From: a virus
Lineage: Duplodnaviria; Caudoviricetes
Strand: one strand, 5' to 3'
Virus record (IMG/VR): IMGVR_UViG_3300005739_000634
Coordinates: 1-26,018 of that record
DNA length: 26,018 nucleotides
The translations under genes and the position numbers were made by a program. Of the stretch, positions 17,122 to 24,960 are shown piece by piece. Every line of letters begins with the position of its first letter. Within the stretch, counting starts at the first letter, position 1. The notes under the pieces were generated by a model. It did not search any database. It saw only the letters and a list, made by a program, of their open reading frames with translations, and had not been told where the DNA came from.

Positions 17122-17613
17122 ATGCATTTTAAAGAATATCCAAAGTCGCGTGTTTGTGGTATAGATTTTTATCCGTGCTTTGTAGAGGCACTTAAAGAAT
17201 CTTACGCATTTTGTAAAAAATATAAAATTCCTTATAGTTTTAAATCAAAAGATATTCAGAGGTTTTTTTATCATTATTGTCTTGATAAACTTTGCTACGG
17301 GTATCAAAAATGTAATTCAAAGTATCCAAAAGCTCTTGTTGTTTATCCTCTTCCAAAAGAAGTAGGATTTACTGATAAGCATTTACAAAATGTATTAAAA
17401 GTACTTCCAGTGCCTTGGGTTAAAGTAAAACAATTTGATTCTCCAGATACTGAATATGCAGTTCAAAGAACTTTATCTAATAATAAACTTATTAGTTCTA
17501 AATTACAAAAATTTTTGAATAAAAATGCTCTTCATAATTTTCAAAAGAAAAGTAAAAAAATAAAACAATTTTCATTAGGAACAGTTGATTTATCTAACGG
17601 CAGACCTATTTAA
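17122..17613 (+). CDS. Hypothetical protein
   Basis: 163-aa basic ORF starting 2 nt after the upstream stop. No recognisable motif. Confidence 0.65.
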   Translation: MHFKEYPKSRVCGIDFYPCFVEALKESYAFCKKYKIPYSFKSKDIQRFFYHYCLDKLCYGYQKCNSKYPKALVVYPLPKEVGFTDKHLQNVLKVLPVPWVKVKQFDSPDTEYAVQRTLSNNKLISSKLQKFLNKNALHNFQKKSKKIKQFSLGTVDLSNGRPI

Positions 17614-17667
17614 TATAGAAGATTGTAAGCCCTTCGCCAAATACGACGAGAAATTTATTGTTCCTGA

Positions 17668-17677
17668 TTAAATAATA
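17668..17677 (+). promoter_or_regulatory. Putative late promoter (TTAAATAATA)
   Basis: The TAAATA core lies 6 nt before the ATG at 17681. Confidence 0.7.
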
Positions 17678-17680
17678 CAT

Positions 17681-17923
17681 ATGAGTAAATTTGACGCCGT
17701 TTTAAAGAAAATAGAAGAAGCGCTGCCTGTTACACCCCAGCAGCAACAAACCGCTACCGGGGCTCAACCCGTTCAACAAACACCGCAACAGCAGCAACAG
17801 GCTGTTCAACAAGCTGCTAAGCTTCTTAATATGGATCCAAAAGTATTACAGCAAATTCTCGACGCCCAAAATCAACAACAAAAACCAGCAACTGGTACTA
17901 CAACACAACAACCTGCTGTATAA
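17681..17923 (+). CDS. Gln-rich low-complexity small protein
   Basis: MSKFDAVLKKIEE leader followed by Q/T/P/A-rich sequence. A late motif lies upstream. Confidence 0.75.
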   Translation: MSKFDAVLKKIEEALPVTPQQQQTATGAQPVQQTPQQQQQAVQQAAKLLNMDPKVLQQILDAQNQQQKPATGTTTQQPAV

Positions 17924-17928
17924 ATTAA

Positions 17929-18297
17929 ATGGACAAAGTTATTGTCAATTTAATAAAAATACAAAACCAATTAAGAATTCTTCATTGGCAAACAGTTTCT
18001 TTTGCCGCTCATAAAGCATTGGGTAATGCTTATGAAGATTTAGATGAATTAATCGACAGTCTAGTTGAAATTCATCAAGGTAAATACGGTAGACTTACTT
18101 TCGAAACACCAATTGTTTTAGGTTTGGTTAATCAAAACGAAATTGATCTTGAAGATGTTCTTATTCAGTTAAATGATTATCTTACCGGGCCATTTAACGA
18201 AATGCATGACCCTGTAAAAGACACCGATTGTCTTAATATTAGAGACGAAATCCTCGCTATTATTAATAAGCTACGTTATCTGTTAACGCTTAAATAA
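17929..18297 (+). CDS. Dps/ferritin-like four-helix protein (DUF5856-like)
   Basis: LHWQT.SFAAHKALG.AY..LDELIDSLVE parallels the Dps HW...H...D...E ferroxidase pattern. Ends 'NIRDEIL..INKLRYLLTL'. Confidence 0.7.
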   Translation: MDKVIVNLIKIQNQLRILHWQTVSFAAHKALGNAYEDLDELIDSLVEIHQGKYGRLTFETPIVLGLVNQNEIDLEDVLIQLNDYLTGPFNEMHDPVKDTDCLNIRDEILAIINKLRYLLTLK

Positions 18298-18299
18298 TA
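18290..18299 (+). promoter_or_regulatory. Putative late promoter (TTAAATAATA)
   Basis: The TAAATA core lies 10 nt before the ATG at 18307 and overlaps the upstream stop. Confidence 0.55.
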
Positions 18300-18306
18300 A
18301 AGCGTT

Positions 18307-19560
18307 ATGATAGACCAAGCTTTTAGTAGCTTTTATCAAGAAAGTATCAACAGGTACATTGTACTTGAACAACAAGAAGGTATTATTAAGCATCTTACTC
18401 ATCTTGAGGAGCTTATTCTCACTAATCAAAAACAAGGCCTAGATATGGCTATTGAGTTTATTAAGGCTCTAACCGAATCATTTAATGGTAATGCAGATTC
18501 AGGGGTATTTACAACTGTAAAATATGATGGTGCACCTGCTATAATTTGTGGTTATAATCCAGAAAACAATAAGTTTTTTGTTGCCACTAAAAGTCTCGGA
18601 GCAAAAACACCAAAGGTAACCTATACTCTACATGATATTCAAACCAATTACGGTCAAGCACCCGGATTGGCTGAAAAAATGAAGCTAGCTTTATTGTATT
18701 TGCCAAAAGTTATTAAAAGCAATGTATATCAAGGCGACTTTATGTTTGATAAGGCCACATTACGGGAAATTGAATTTCAAGGCGAAAAGCTTATATCTTT
18801 TAAACCTAATACAGTGACATATGCCGTTGAAGCTAATTCAGAACTTGGCAAAAAAATCCAGAGTGCACAAATTGGTATTGTCTTTCATACTCGTTATACC
18901 GGATCTTCTTTACAGCAATTAACCAAATCAGCAGATGTTAATGTTTCAGAGTTTAATCAAACACCAGAAGTTTGGTTTGATGATGCTAAATTTAAAGATA
19001 TGTCAGGCACTGTAACGCTAACAGATGACGAAAAAAGAAATATTGCAGAAACACTAAACCTAATACAAAAAGCCGGCGGTGTAACTGACTGGTTGGCATT
19101 ACCTAATGAGTTTTATGTACTAGCCAACACGTTTATTAACACATTAATACGTCAGGGTAAATTTGTTGATGATCCAGAAGAAACGTTTGATAATTTTCTT
19201 GTATGGTATGAGGGTAAAATGAGCAAAGAAGTTGAAAAACTTAAATCAGAATCTGGTAAACTGAGAAAAACAGAAGCTATTAAAAAAGCTGTACAGCTTT
19301 TTAACACTAATAAGATGTCAGTAGTAAATATTTTCAATATTACTAAAAAATTAGCAGATTTAAAAAAGATTTTCTTTAACAAATATAGTACAGCTATTAA
19401 AACAAAACAATTTTTAGCTCAGCCTGATGGTACTCTTAAAGTTACCCCCGGTGAAGGGTTTGTAGCTGTAGATAAGTCAGGAAATATGGTTAAATTAGTC
19501 GATAGGCTTGAATTTTCCCGAGCTAATTTTGCTGTTTCTAAGGAGGAAAAGTTTAAATGA
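18307..19560 (+). CDS. Conserved T4-like phage protein (DUF6267-like) with ATP-dependent ligase/covalent nucleotidyltransferase motifs
   Basis: HLTHLEE, TVKYDGAP (motif I KxDG), YQGDFMF (motif III-like), EGFVAV (motif IV) and VKLVDR (motif V-like). Confidence 0.7.
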   Translation: MIDQAFSSFYQESINRYIVLEQQEGIIKHLTHLEELILTNQKQGLDMAIEFIKALTESFNGNADSGVFTTVKYDGAPAIICGYNPENNKFFVATKSLGAKTPKVTYTLHDIQTNYGQAPGLAEKMKLALLYLPKVIKSNVYQGDFMFDKATLREIEFQGEKLISFKPNTVTYAVEANSELGKKIQSAQIGIVFHTRYTGSSLQQLTKSADVNVSEFNQTPEVWFDDAKFKDMSGTVTLTDDEKRNIAETLNLIQKAGGVTDWLALPNEFYVLANTFINTLIRQGKFVDDPEETFDNFLVWYEGKMSKEVEKLKSESGKLRKTEAIKKAVQLFNTNKMSVVNIFNITKKLADLKKIFFNKYSTAIKTKQFLAQPDGTLKVTPGEGFVAVDKSGNMVKLVDRLEFSRANFAVSKEEKFK

Positions 19561-20171
19561 TAGCTTTTAACCAGTTTTTTACAGAACAAATAAGAGACGG
19601 TAAACTGGTTATAATTTACTCAGGAAGATTTCAACCAGCTCATAAAGGTCATGCTGCAGCTTACAATGCTTTAGTACAAGAATATCCAGAAGCGGATGTT
19701 TGGGTTGCCACTTCAAATGTCGTTAAACCAGATTCGCCGTTTAACTTTCAAGAACGTAAGTTTTTGTTAGAAAAAGCTGGTGTACCAGGTGATAGAATAG
19801 TACAAGTTGTAAGTACCTACGTTGCTAAAGAAATAACTTCAAAATACAATGAAGATAAAGATCATTTAATCTATGTTGTTTCTCAAAAAGACGCTGATCG
19901 TTTTTCATACAAACCTAAAAAAGACGGTACAATGCCGTATTTACAAAAATTAGAAGATACTAAACAATTACTCCCTATGAGTGAAAAAGGTTACGTAAAA
20001 GTAGGAAAAACTTTCCCTTTTAAAGTTTTAGGTAAAACAGTAATTAGTGCTTCTCAAATAAGAGATATGTATAAACATGTTTCAGAGTCAGAAAAAAAAC
20101 AAATTATTGTAGACCTTTACGGTAAGTTTGATCAAAGTATATATAACTTGTTTAATAAAAAGTTGAAATAA
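19557..20171 (+). CDS. Cytidylyltransferase-like HxGH nucleotidyltransferase (NMNAT/PPAT superfamily)
   Basis: YSGRFQPAHKGH, SPFNFQERK and ISASQIR. Overlaps the upstream gene by ATGA. Confidence 0.85.
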   Translation: MIAFNQFFTEQIRDGKLVIIYSGRFQPAHKGHAAAYNALVQEYPEADVWVATSNVVKPDSPFNFQERKFLLEKAGVPGDRIVQVVSTYVAKEITSKYNEDKDHLIYVVSQKDADRFSYKPKKDGTMPYLQKLEDTKQLLPMSEKGYVKVGKTFPFKVLGKTVISASQIRDMYKHVSESEKKQIIVDLYGKFDQSIYNLFNKKLK

Positions 20172-20190
20172 GTTCCAAAGGTGGTATAAT
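20163..20190 (+). promoter_or_regulatory. Sigma70-type promoter driving the hypothetical-queD-queE-kinase unit
   Basis: TTGAAA-N16-TATAAT, with TG at the extended -10 position, 8 nt before the ATG at 20199. Confidence 0.75.
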
Positions 20191-20198
20191 ACTGCTAT

Positions 20199-20486
20199 AT
20201 GAAAAATAGTAGTACGGTAACTTTAGAACTCAAACAAGATGAGGCAAACATGCTCCTAGAAGCCCTATTGTTCGCTTCTTCTGTTAACGTCGGAGCAGAT
20301 TGGTCTGAGAAAGACATTAATAAAATGGTTTCTCTTTCCAAAAAGCTTAAAACACAACTCAACGGATCAACTAATCTTAAAAATATTGTTTTTTATCAAG
20401 AAGAAAATTATGAAGATAGTTGGACGCAGTCTGTGTTTAACTTTTTTAAAGATAACTTAAACGTCGTACCTCTACAACAAGCATAA
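20199..20486 (+). CDS. Hypothetical protein
   Basis: 95-aa ORF behind a clear promoter. Its stop overlaps the queD start (TAATG). Confidence 0.7.
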   Translation: MKNSSTVTLELKQDEANMLLEALLFASSVNVGADWSEKDINKMVSLSKKLKTQLNGSTNLKNIVFYQEENYEDSWTQSVFNFFKDNLNVVPLQQA

Positions 20487-20932
20487 TGACAAGATTTGAA
20501 TCAACTAAAATTATTGAGCTTGGCTCTTGCGCCTTTCGGCAATGGAGAGCTGAAGGTACACACTGTAAGTATATTCACGGTTATCAATTAAAAGCAAAAT
20601 TTTGGTTTGGTTGTATAGGTTTAGATGATAAAAATTGGGTTATTAATTTTGGTGGTTTAAAAGACGTTAAAAAGGTTTTACAAGATCAATTTGATCACAC
20701 CCTTTGTATTGCAAAAGATGATCCGTTACTGCCAAGTTTTATTCAATTAGCAGAAAATGGCGGTTGTCAGCTTCGTATAATGGATGGAGTAGGTATTGAA
20801 AAAACTGCCGAGTGGTGTTTTAAAAATGTGGACCCTATAATACGAGAAATGTCTGTAGGTCGTTGCTGGGTCAATAAGGTTGAAGTTTGGGAACACGATT
20901 TAAATAGTGCAATTTATGAGCGAAAAAGTTGA
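20486..20932 (+). CDS. queD: QueD/PTPS-like 6-carboxytetrahydropterin synthase (variant)
   Basis: HCKYIHGY, WVINFGGLK, FDHT, GIEKTA and VEVWE...NSA give a T-fold PTPS pattern. Adjacent to queE. Confidence 0.82.
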   Translation: MTRFESTKIIELGSCAFRQWRAEGTHCKYIHGYQLKAKFWFGCIGLDDKNWVINFGGLKDVKKVLQDQFDHTLCIAKDDPLLPSFIQLAENGGCQLRIMDGVGIEKTAEWCFKNVDPIIREMSVGRCWVNKVEVWEHDLNSAIYERKS

Positions 20933-21683
20933 TATTAACAAAGAGACGTTATTTTTGTCTGATGACTTAGTATTTTATACTATTGAAGGAGAAGGTGAAT
21001 ATATAGGGCAGCCATCAGTTTTTATGCGTATGGCTATGTGTAATTTAACCTGTATTGGCTTTGCTTCAGAAGATTCACCTAACGGGTGTGACTCGTTTGT
21101 ATCTTGGTCAGTAAAGAACAAAAAGACATTTGCGGAAGTATTCCAAATGATGGAATACAATAACTATATTGAACATCTTCGCAATAGAGCCATTCTTAAA
21201 TTAACAGGAGGCGAGCCCTTCATTCAAGAAAAACAGCTTCTTAAATTTATAGAAGCATTTATTGAAAGATATAATTTTACACCACGAATTGATTTTGAAA
21301 CAAATGCAACGCTTGTACCATCAGAAAGGTGGCGTCATGAATTTAAAGCTACATTTACAACCTCACCAAAATTGTCTTCTAATGGAGATCCCGAAGAAAA
21401 AACATATAAACCCGAAGTGCTTCGTTGGCACGTAACATACGGTTCGGGCTTTAAATTTGTTATTACATCTGATAAAGATATTGAAGAAATTTGGCGCAAA
21501 TATGTCGATGATGAACAGGGTATTAACGTACCTCTTTATCGTATTTGGTTTATGCCGTGCTGTGGTTCTAGAGAAGAACATGTACAAAATGCTCCTGCTG
21601 TAGCTGAATACGCAAAGGCTATGCATGTTAATTTTTCTCCTAGATTGCAATTGCTTATTTGGAATAAGGCCCTTAAAGTATAG
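20916..21683 (+). CDS. queE: QueE-like radical SAM 7-carboxy-7-deazaguanine synthase
   Basis: FYTIEGEG..IGQPSVFMR...CNLTC...CDS, LTGGEP, FETNA, TSPKL, FKFV and FSPRLQ..IW. The likely start is the ATG at 20916. Confidence 0.9.
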   Translation: MSEKVDINKETLFLSDDLVFYTIEGEGEYIGQPSVFMRMAMCNLTCIGFASEDSPNGCDSFVSWSVKNKKTFAEVFQMMEYNNYIEHLRNRAILKLTGGEPFIQEKQLLKFIEAFIERYNFTPRIDFETNATLVPSERWRHEFKATFTTSPKLSSNGDPEEKTYKPEVLRWHVTYGSGFKFVITSDKDIEEIWRKYVDDEQGINVPLYRIWFMPCCGSREEHVQNAPAVAEYAKAMHVNFSPRLQLLIWNKALKV

Positions 21684-21685
21684 AC

Positions 21686-22318
21686 ATGAAAATTGCATTC
21701 ATAGGTACTCAGTGTAATGGTAAATCTACACTGATTAAAGAGTTTTGCAAGCGTTGGCCGATGTATAAAGAGGTTAAATCGACCTATCGTAAACTTATTA
21801 AAACCGGTAAAGTTACTAATAACGAAGAAGGTACTGCTGAATCTCAAAAAACCATTCTTAATGCAATTATTGACGATACGCAAAAAGCTATTGCAAAAGG
21901 AGATGAGTTTTTAGTATTTGATCGTTGTGTAATTGATAACATTGTTTATTCACTTTGGCTTAACGAAAAAGGTAAAGTATCTGATGAATTTATAATGGAT
22001 TCGAAACGCATTGCCTTTGAGGCTATAAAAGTTTTTGATATTATATTTTATCTGCCGTTAAGAGAAGAAATTAAAATTGTTCCTAAAAAAGGACGAGCTT
22101 TAGACCCTGTTTATCGTCAGGAAATTGATAATATTTTTAGAGCTGTTGTTGGTACGTACGAAAAGAGTCAAGGTATATTTTTTCCTAAAGAAGATTGTCC
22201 TGCTGTTATAACCTTAGAAGGACCAGCAGATCTTAGAATTGAGCAAATACCTTTATATCTTAAACCGAACGGTAAATTTTACGGAGAAGAAGACGGTTCA
22301 TTGCTAGCTAATATGTGA
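21686..22318 (+). CDS. P-loop nucleoside/nucleotide kinase-like ATPase (AAA_28 / NadR-kinase / dNMP kinase-like)
   Basis: KIAFIGTQCNGKSTL Walker A, 'FDRCVIDNIVY' and 'FDIIFYLP'. Confidence 0.75.
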   Translation: MKIAFIGTQCNGKSTLIKEFCKRWPMYKEVKSTYRKLIKTGKVTNNEEGTAESQKTILNAIIDDTQKAIAKGDEFLVFDRCVIDNIVYSLWLNEKGKVSDEFIMDSKRIAFEAIKVFDIIFYLPLREEIKIVPKKGRALDPVYRQEIDNIFRAVVGTYEKSQGIFFPKEDCPAVITLEGPADLRIEQIPLYLKPNGKFYGEEDGSLLANM

Positions 22319-22324
22319 TTTGTA

Positions 22325-22334
22325 TTAAATAATA
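22325..22334 (+). promoter_or_regulatory. Putative late promoter (TTAAATAATA)
   Basis: Intergenic; the TAAATA core lies 14 nt before the ATG at 22346. Confidence 0.65.
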
Positions 22335-22345
22335 ATACTATCACT

Positions 22346-23716
22346 ATGTTTAATTTTACAGATATAGTATCTGATATCTTATTAGAAGAACCACAACAAG
22401 GTCAAGCGACACCGCCTAGTGGTAACCCGCAGAACCCAACTTCCGGTGCTGCTCAAACACAGACTAATAATCAAACAGATGTCAATGATGCTGAAAAAAT
22501 AAAAGGATCAGCTGGTTTTATGGAGTTGGTTAATGCTTATAACACACAATATGGTCAGTCACCAAATATTAATGAAGCATTAAAAGCTGCTAATATAGTT
22601 ACAGGTGGTAAATACCTTGCTGCTAAATATACGTCGCTCGGTTATATACCATTTATTGATGCATTTGCACAAGTTTATGCTTTAATTGAAGATGATAAAA
22701 AAAGAAGCTACACTCAAACGGATATAATTAACACAATATTAAGTGAACCTGCAAAATACGATCCGGTTTTTAACAATGTAGCTGCGGCTATCAAAAAAAC
22801 TACTAATTTGCAAGAATATTCACCGAGTAATCCGGAAGTTAATAGAGCCTGGTTAAATTTAGTAAACGAAACCAATAAACTGTCTCAAACTGCAATACAA
22901 AGTTTAGGATCAGATACAGTACATTCTGCAATTGTAAAAATTATTGCAAAAAGAATACCCGTATTAGATCGAGTAATGGGGCTTAAAGGTATTATTAAAC
23001 CATTTAATAAAAGCCTTATAACACCCGTTTTACATCAATTTAAAAAATATACAGGCTATAAACAAGGTGATGCTAAAAAAAACCCGGCTGGCTGGTTAAA
23101 GGATCGTTTATGGCCTAAAAAAGTATCAGGGGATTTTAGTAAAATGGTTGAAGATATTTCTGCTAATAATTTATTAAATGTGGCGGTTTTAGCATATGAA
23201 TATTACATTTATTTGTTAAGTACTCAAGGCAAACCGCTTAACCCTCAAAAACAAGAAATGGATCAGCAAATGAGGCTGCCAGGTTTTGAAAATACAAGTT
23301 TAAATTTGTTTAATAAGCATGTTGGTAACATTTTAAATGAAATAAGTGGAACCGGAATAGCTCAGATGGCTAATAAGTTTAAACAGCAACAAAAGCGCCA
23401 AACACCCCAGCAACAAAAACAAGAAACATCTGGTTTACCTGCTGAACAAATAGAAAAAATTTCTAATCAAGTAGGAAATATACCTGATCCTGATTATACA
23501 ACATTTATAGACGACGGTGAAAGTAGGTATTTACCAGGAATTAAATACAACTTAAGCACTATTGCAAAAGATCCTTCTAATGAAGCTAGAGCACTATATA
23601 AAGCATTAACCGATATGGCATACTTTGTAAGACCTCGTTTAGGTCTTGCACAAGTTGCTGGCGCAACTGCAAAAGCACTCGGAGCTTTAAGAGTAGGAAT
23701 GGGCCCTGTAAATTAA
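22346..23716 (+). CDS. Hypothetical protein, possibly virion-internal
   Basis: 456 aa, late motif upstream, MFNFTDIVSDILLE leader, Q/P-rich linkers and an internal second 'FNKHVGNILNE' segment. Confidence 0.7.
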   Translation: MFNFTDIVSDILLEEPQQGQATPPSGNPQNPTSGAAQTQTNNQTDVNDAEKIKGSAGFMELVNAYNTQYGQSPNINEALKAANIVTGGKYLAAKYTSLGYIPFIDAFAQVYALIEDDKKRSYTQTDIINTILSEPAKYDPVFNNVAAAIKKTTNLQEYSPSNPEVNRAWLNLVNETNKLSQTAIQSLGSDTVHSAIVKIIAKRIPVLDRVMGLKGIIKPFNKSLITPVLHQFKKYTGYKQGDAKKNPAGWLKDRLWPKKVSGDFSKMVEDISANNLLNVAVLAYEYYIYLLSTQGKPLNPQKQEMDQQMRLPGFENTSLNLFNKHVGNILNEISGTGIAQMANKFKQQQKRQTPQQQKQETSGLPAEQIEKISNQVGNIPDPDYTTFIDDGESRYLPGIKYNLSTIAKDPSNEARALYKALTDMAYFVRPRLGLAQVAGATAKALGALRVGMGPVN

Positions 23717-23717
23717 T

Positions 23718-23957
23718 ATGAATAAGTTTGATCAAATTTGTGAAAGTTTTTTTCCGACTACTATGAAAGTAGTCACAAGAGTTCGTTATCCAAAACAAAT
23801 CCAATTTTCTGAAAAATTTCTTAAATCTTTAAAAGAAGAATTTACAAGACTTCAAATGATCGAAGAAGCTGAAGCAGAAATAGAAGTTAAACCAATTCGT
23901 AATTACAAAGATAAGTTTTTAAAAGCTATTAACTTTTGTGTTAGTAACCTCAAGTAA
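23718..23957 (+). CDS. Small hypothetical protein
   Basis: 79 aa, starts 1 nt after the upstream stop, MNKFDQICE leader. Converges on the primase gene. Confidence 0.65.
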   Translation: MNKFDQICESFFPTTMKVVTRVRYPKQIQFSEKFLKSLKEEFTRLQMIEEAEAEIEVKPIRNYKDKFLKAINFCVSNLK

Positions 23958-24954
23958 TTTTTTGCTTCATTAAAGCTTCTACTCCAGAATAGGAGTTTTG
24001 TACAATAAACTTGTAAGGTAGTTCATCTAAACAAAGATTACAGCAAATCTCATTTACGTCTTTGTACTTCTTAAGTTCTTTAGGCCATACAAATAGTTTT
24101 TTATTCTGTTTGATAAGATTCTTAATCTTCTTTGACATCTCTTTGTTGTTCTTATCATTATCATAGACGTAGATTATTTCTTTATCGACACACTTTTTAA
24201 TAAAAGCTTCTTGTTTGTCGGTCATTGAAGACCCGCCCACGGCTACAGCGTTCTTTACAAACATAGCGTCAATAGGCCCTTCAAAGATAAAAATATACGG
24301 TATGTTATTATCTATATTGTTTTCGCCATATAGATTCTTCTCTCCGTACTTTGTTAGATATTTTGGATATGTGTCTCCGTCTAAAGTTCTTGACTGGTAG
24401 CACTCAATTTTACCAGACTCTCCATAAAATGGAATTATAAGCCGGTTTTTATGCACTTTGTCTTTAAATGAAACATACAAAGACTTTGGTTTATTAACAG
24501 CGCTAAAAAGTCTGCGCAACTGACAATATTCAATTACTTTTCTTACAAATTTATTATCCCTATAAAATTCAACCTGCTTTGGATCACAAATATCAATTGA
24601 GTCGTCAGGTATAGAAGGTATCTCTATTTGTTTAACAGCTTCGTTTTGTTTCTGAATTTTATTTTGTATCTGAGAAGTAGGAACAAAGTTTTTAGTCTCT
24701 CTTAAGATTTCCGGAATGGTTTTTTTAGTAACCTCATGAATCCAACTAAGCTCAGTCCAAGACTTACTACAATTAAAACAATAGAAATACCTATCATCTG
24801 GAAAATAAAAAAGCCTACGCTTGCGACCAGCAGAGCTACCTTCCCCACATACACAGCACTCTGCGTTATATACTCTTTGATATTTTTTGTATACAGGTCT
24901 TTTGCAGTAGGAGTATAGGGCCTGTATGACATAATCTTGAGGTAACCCTTCCAC
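23950..24954 (-). CDS. gp61: T4 gp61-like DNA primase
   Basis: Zn ribbon CCVCGE...YCFNC, then RLIIPFY...YQSR..KYLT and TOPRIM FEGPIDAMF...VYDND...KDVNE. GTG start. Confidence 0.93.
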   Translation of the reverse strand: MEGLPQDYVIQALYSYCKRPVYKKYQRVYNAECCVCGEGSSAGRKRRLFYFPDDRYFYCFNCSKSWTELSWIHEVTKKTIPEILRETKNFVPTSQIQNKIQKQNEAVKQIEIPSIPDDSIDICDPKQVEFYRDNKFVRKVIEYCQLRRLFSAVNKPKSLYVSFKDKVHKNRLIIPFYGESGKIECYQSRTLDGDTYPKYLTKYGEKNLYGENNIDNNIPYIFIFEGPIDAMFVKNAVAVGGSSMTDKQEAFIKKCVDKEIIYVYDNDKNNKEMSKKIKNLIKQNKKLFVWPKELKKYKDVNEICCNLCLDELPYKFIVQNSYSGVEALMKQKIT

Positions 24955-24960
24955 CTCTAT

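Noticed and set aside
17735-17915. CAA/CAG-rich tract as a DNA repeat, microsatellite or CRISPR
   Set aside because: The mixed codons encode poly-Gln, and there is no fixed repeat-spacer structure.
16041-24932. Short alternative ORFs (16041..16265, 19152..19382, 20975..21160, 21363..21698, 21536..21883, 23586..23804, 24215..24400, 24702..24932, 24736..24918)
   Set aside because: They lie within motif-bearing genes on the other strand or frame and have no independent support.
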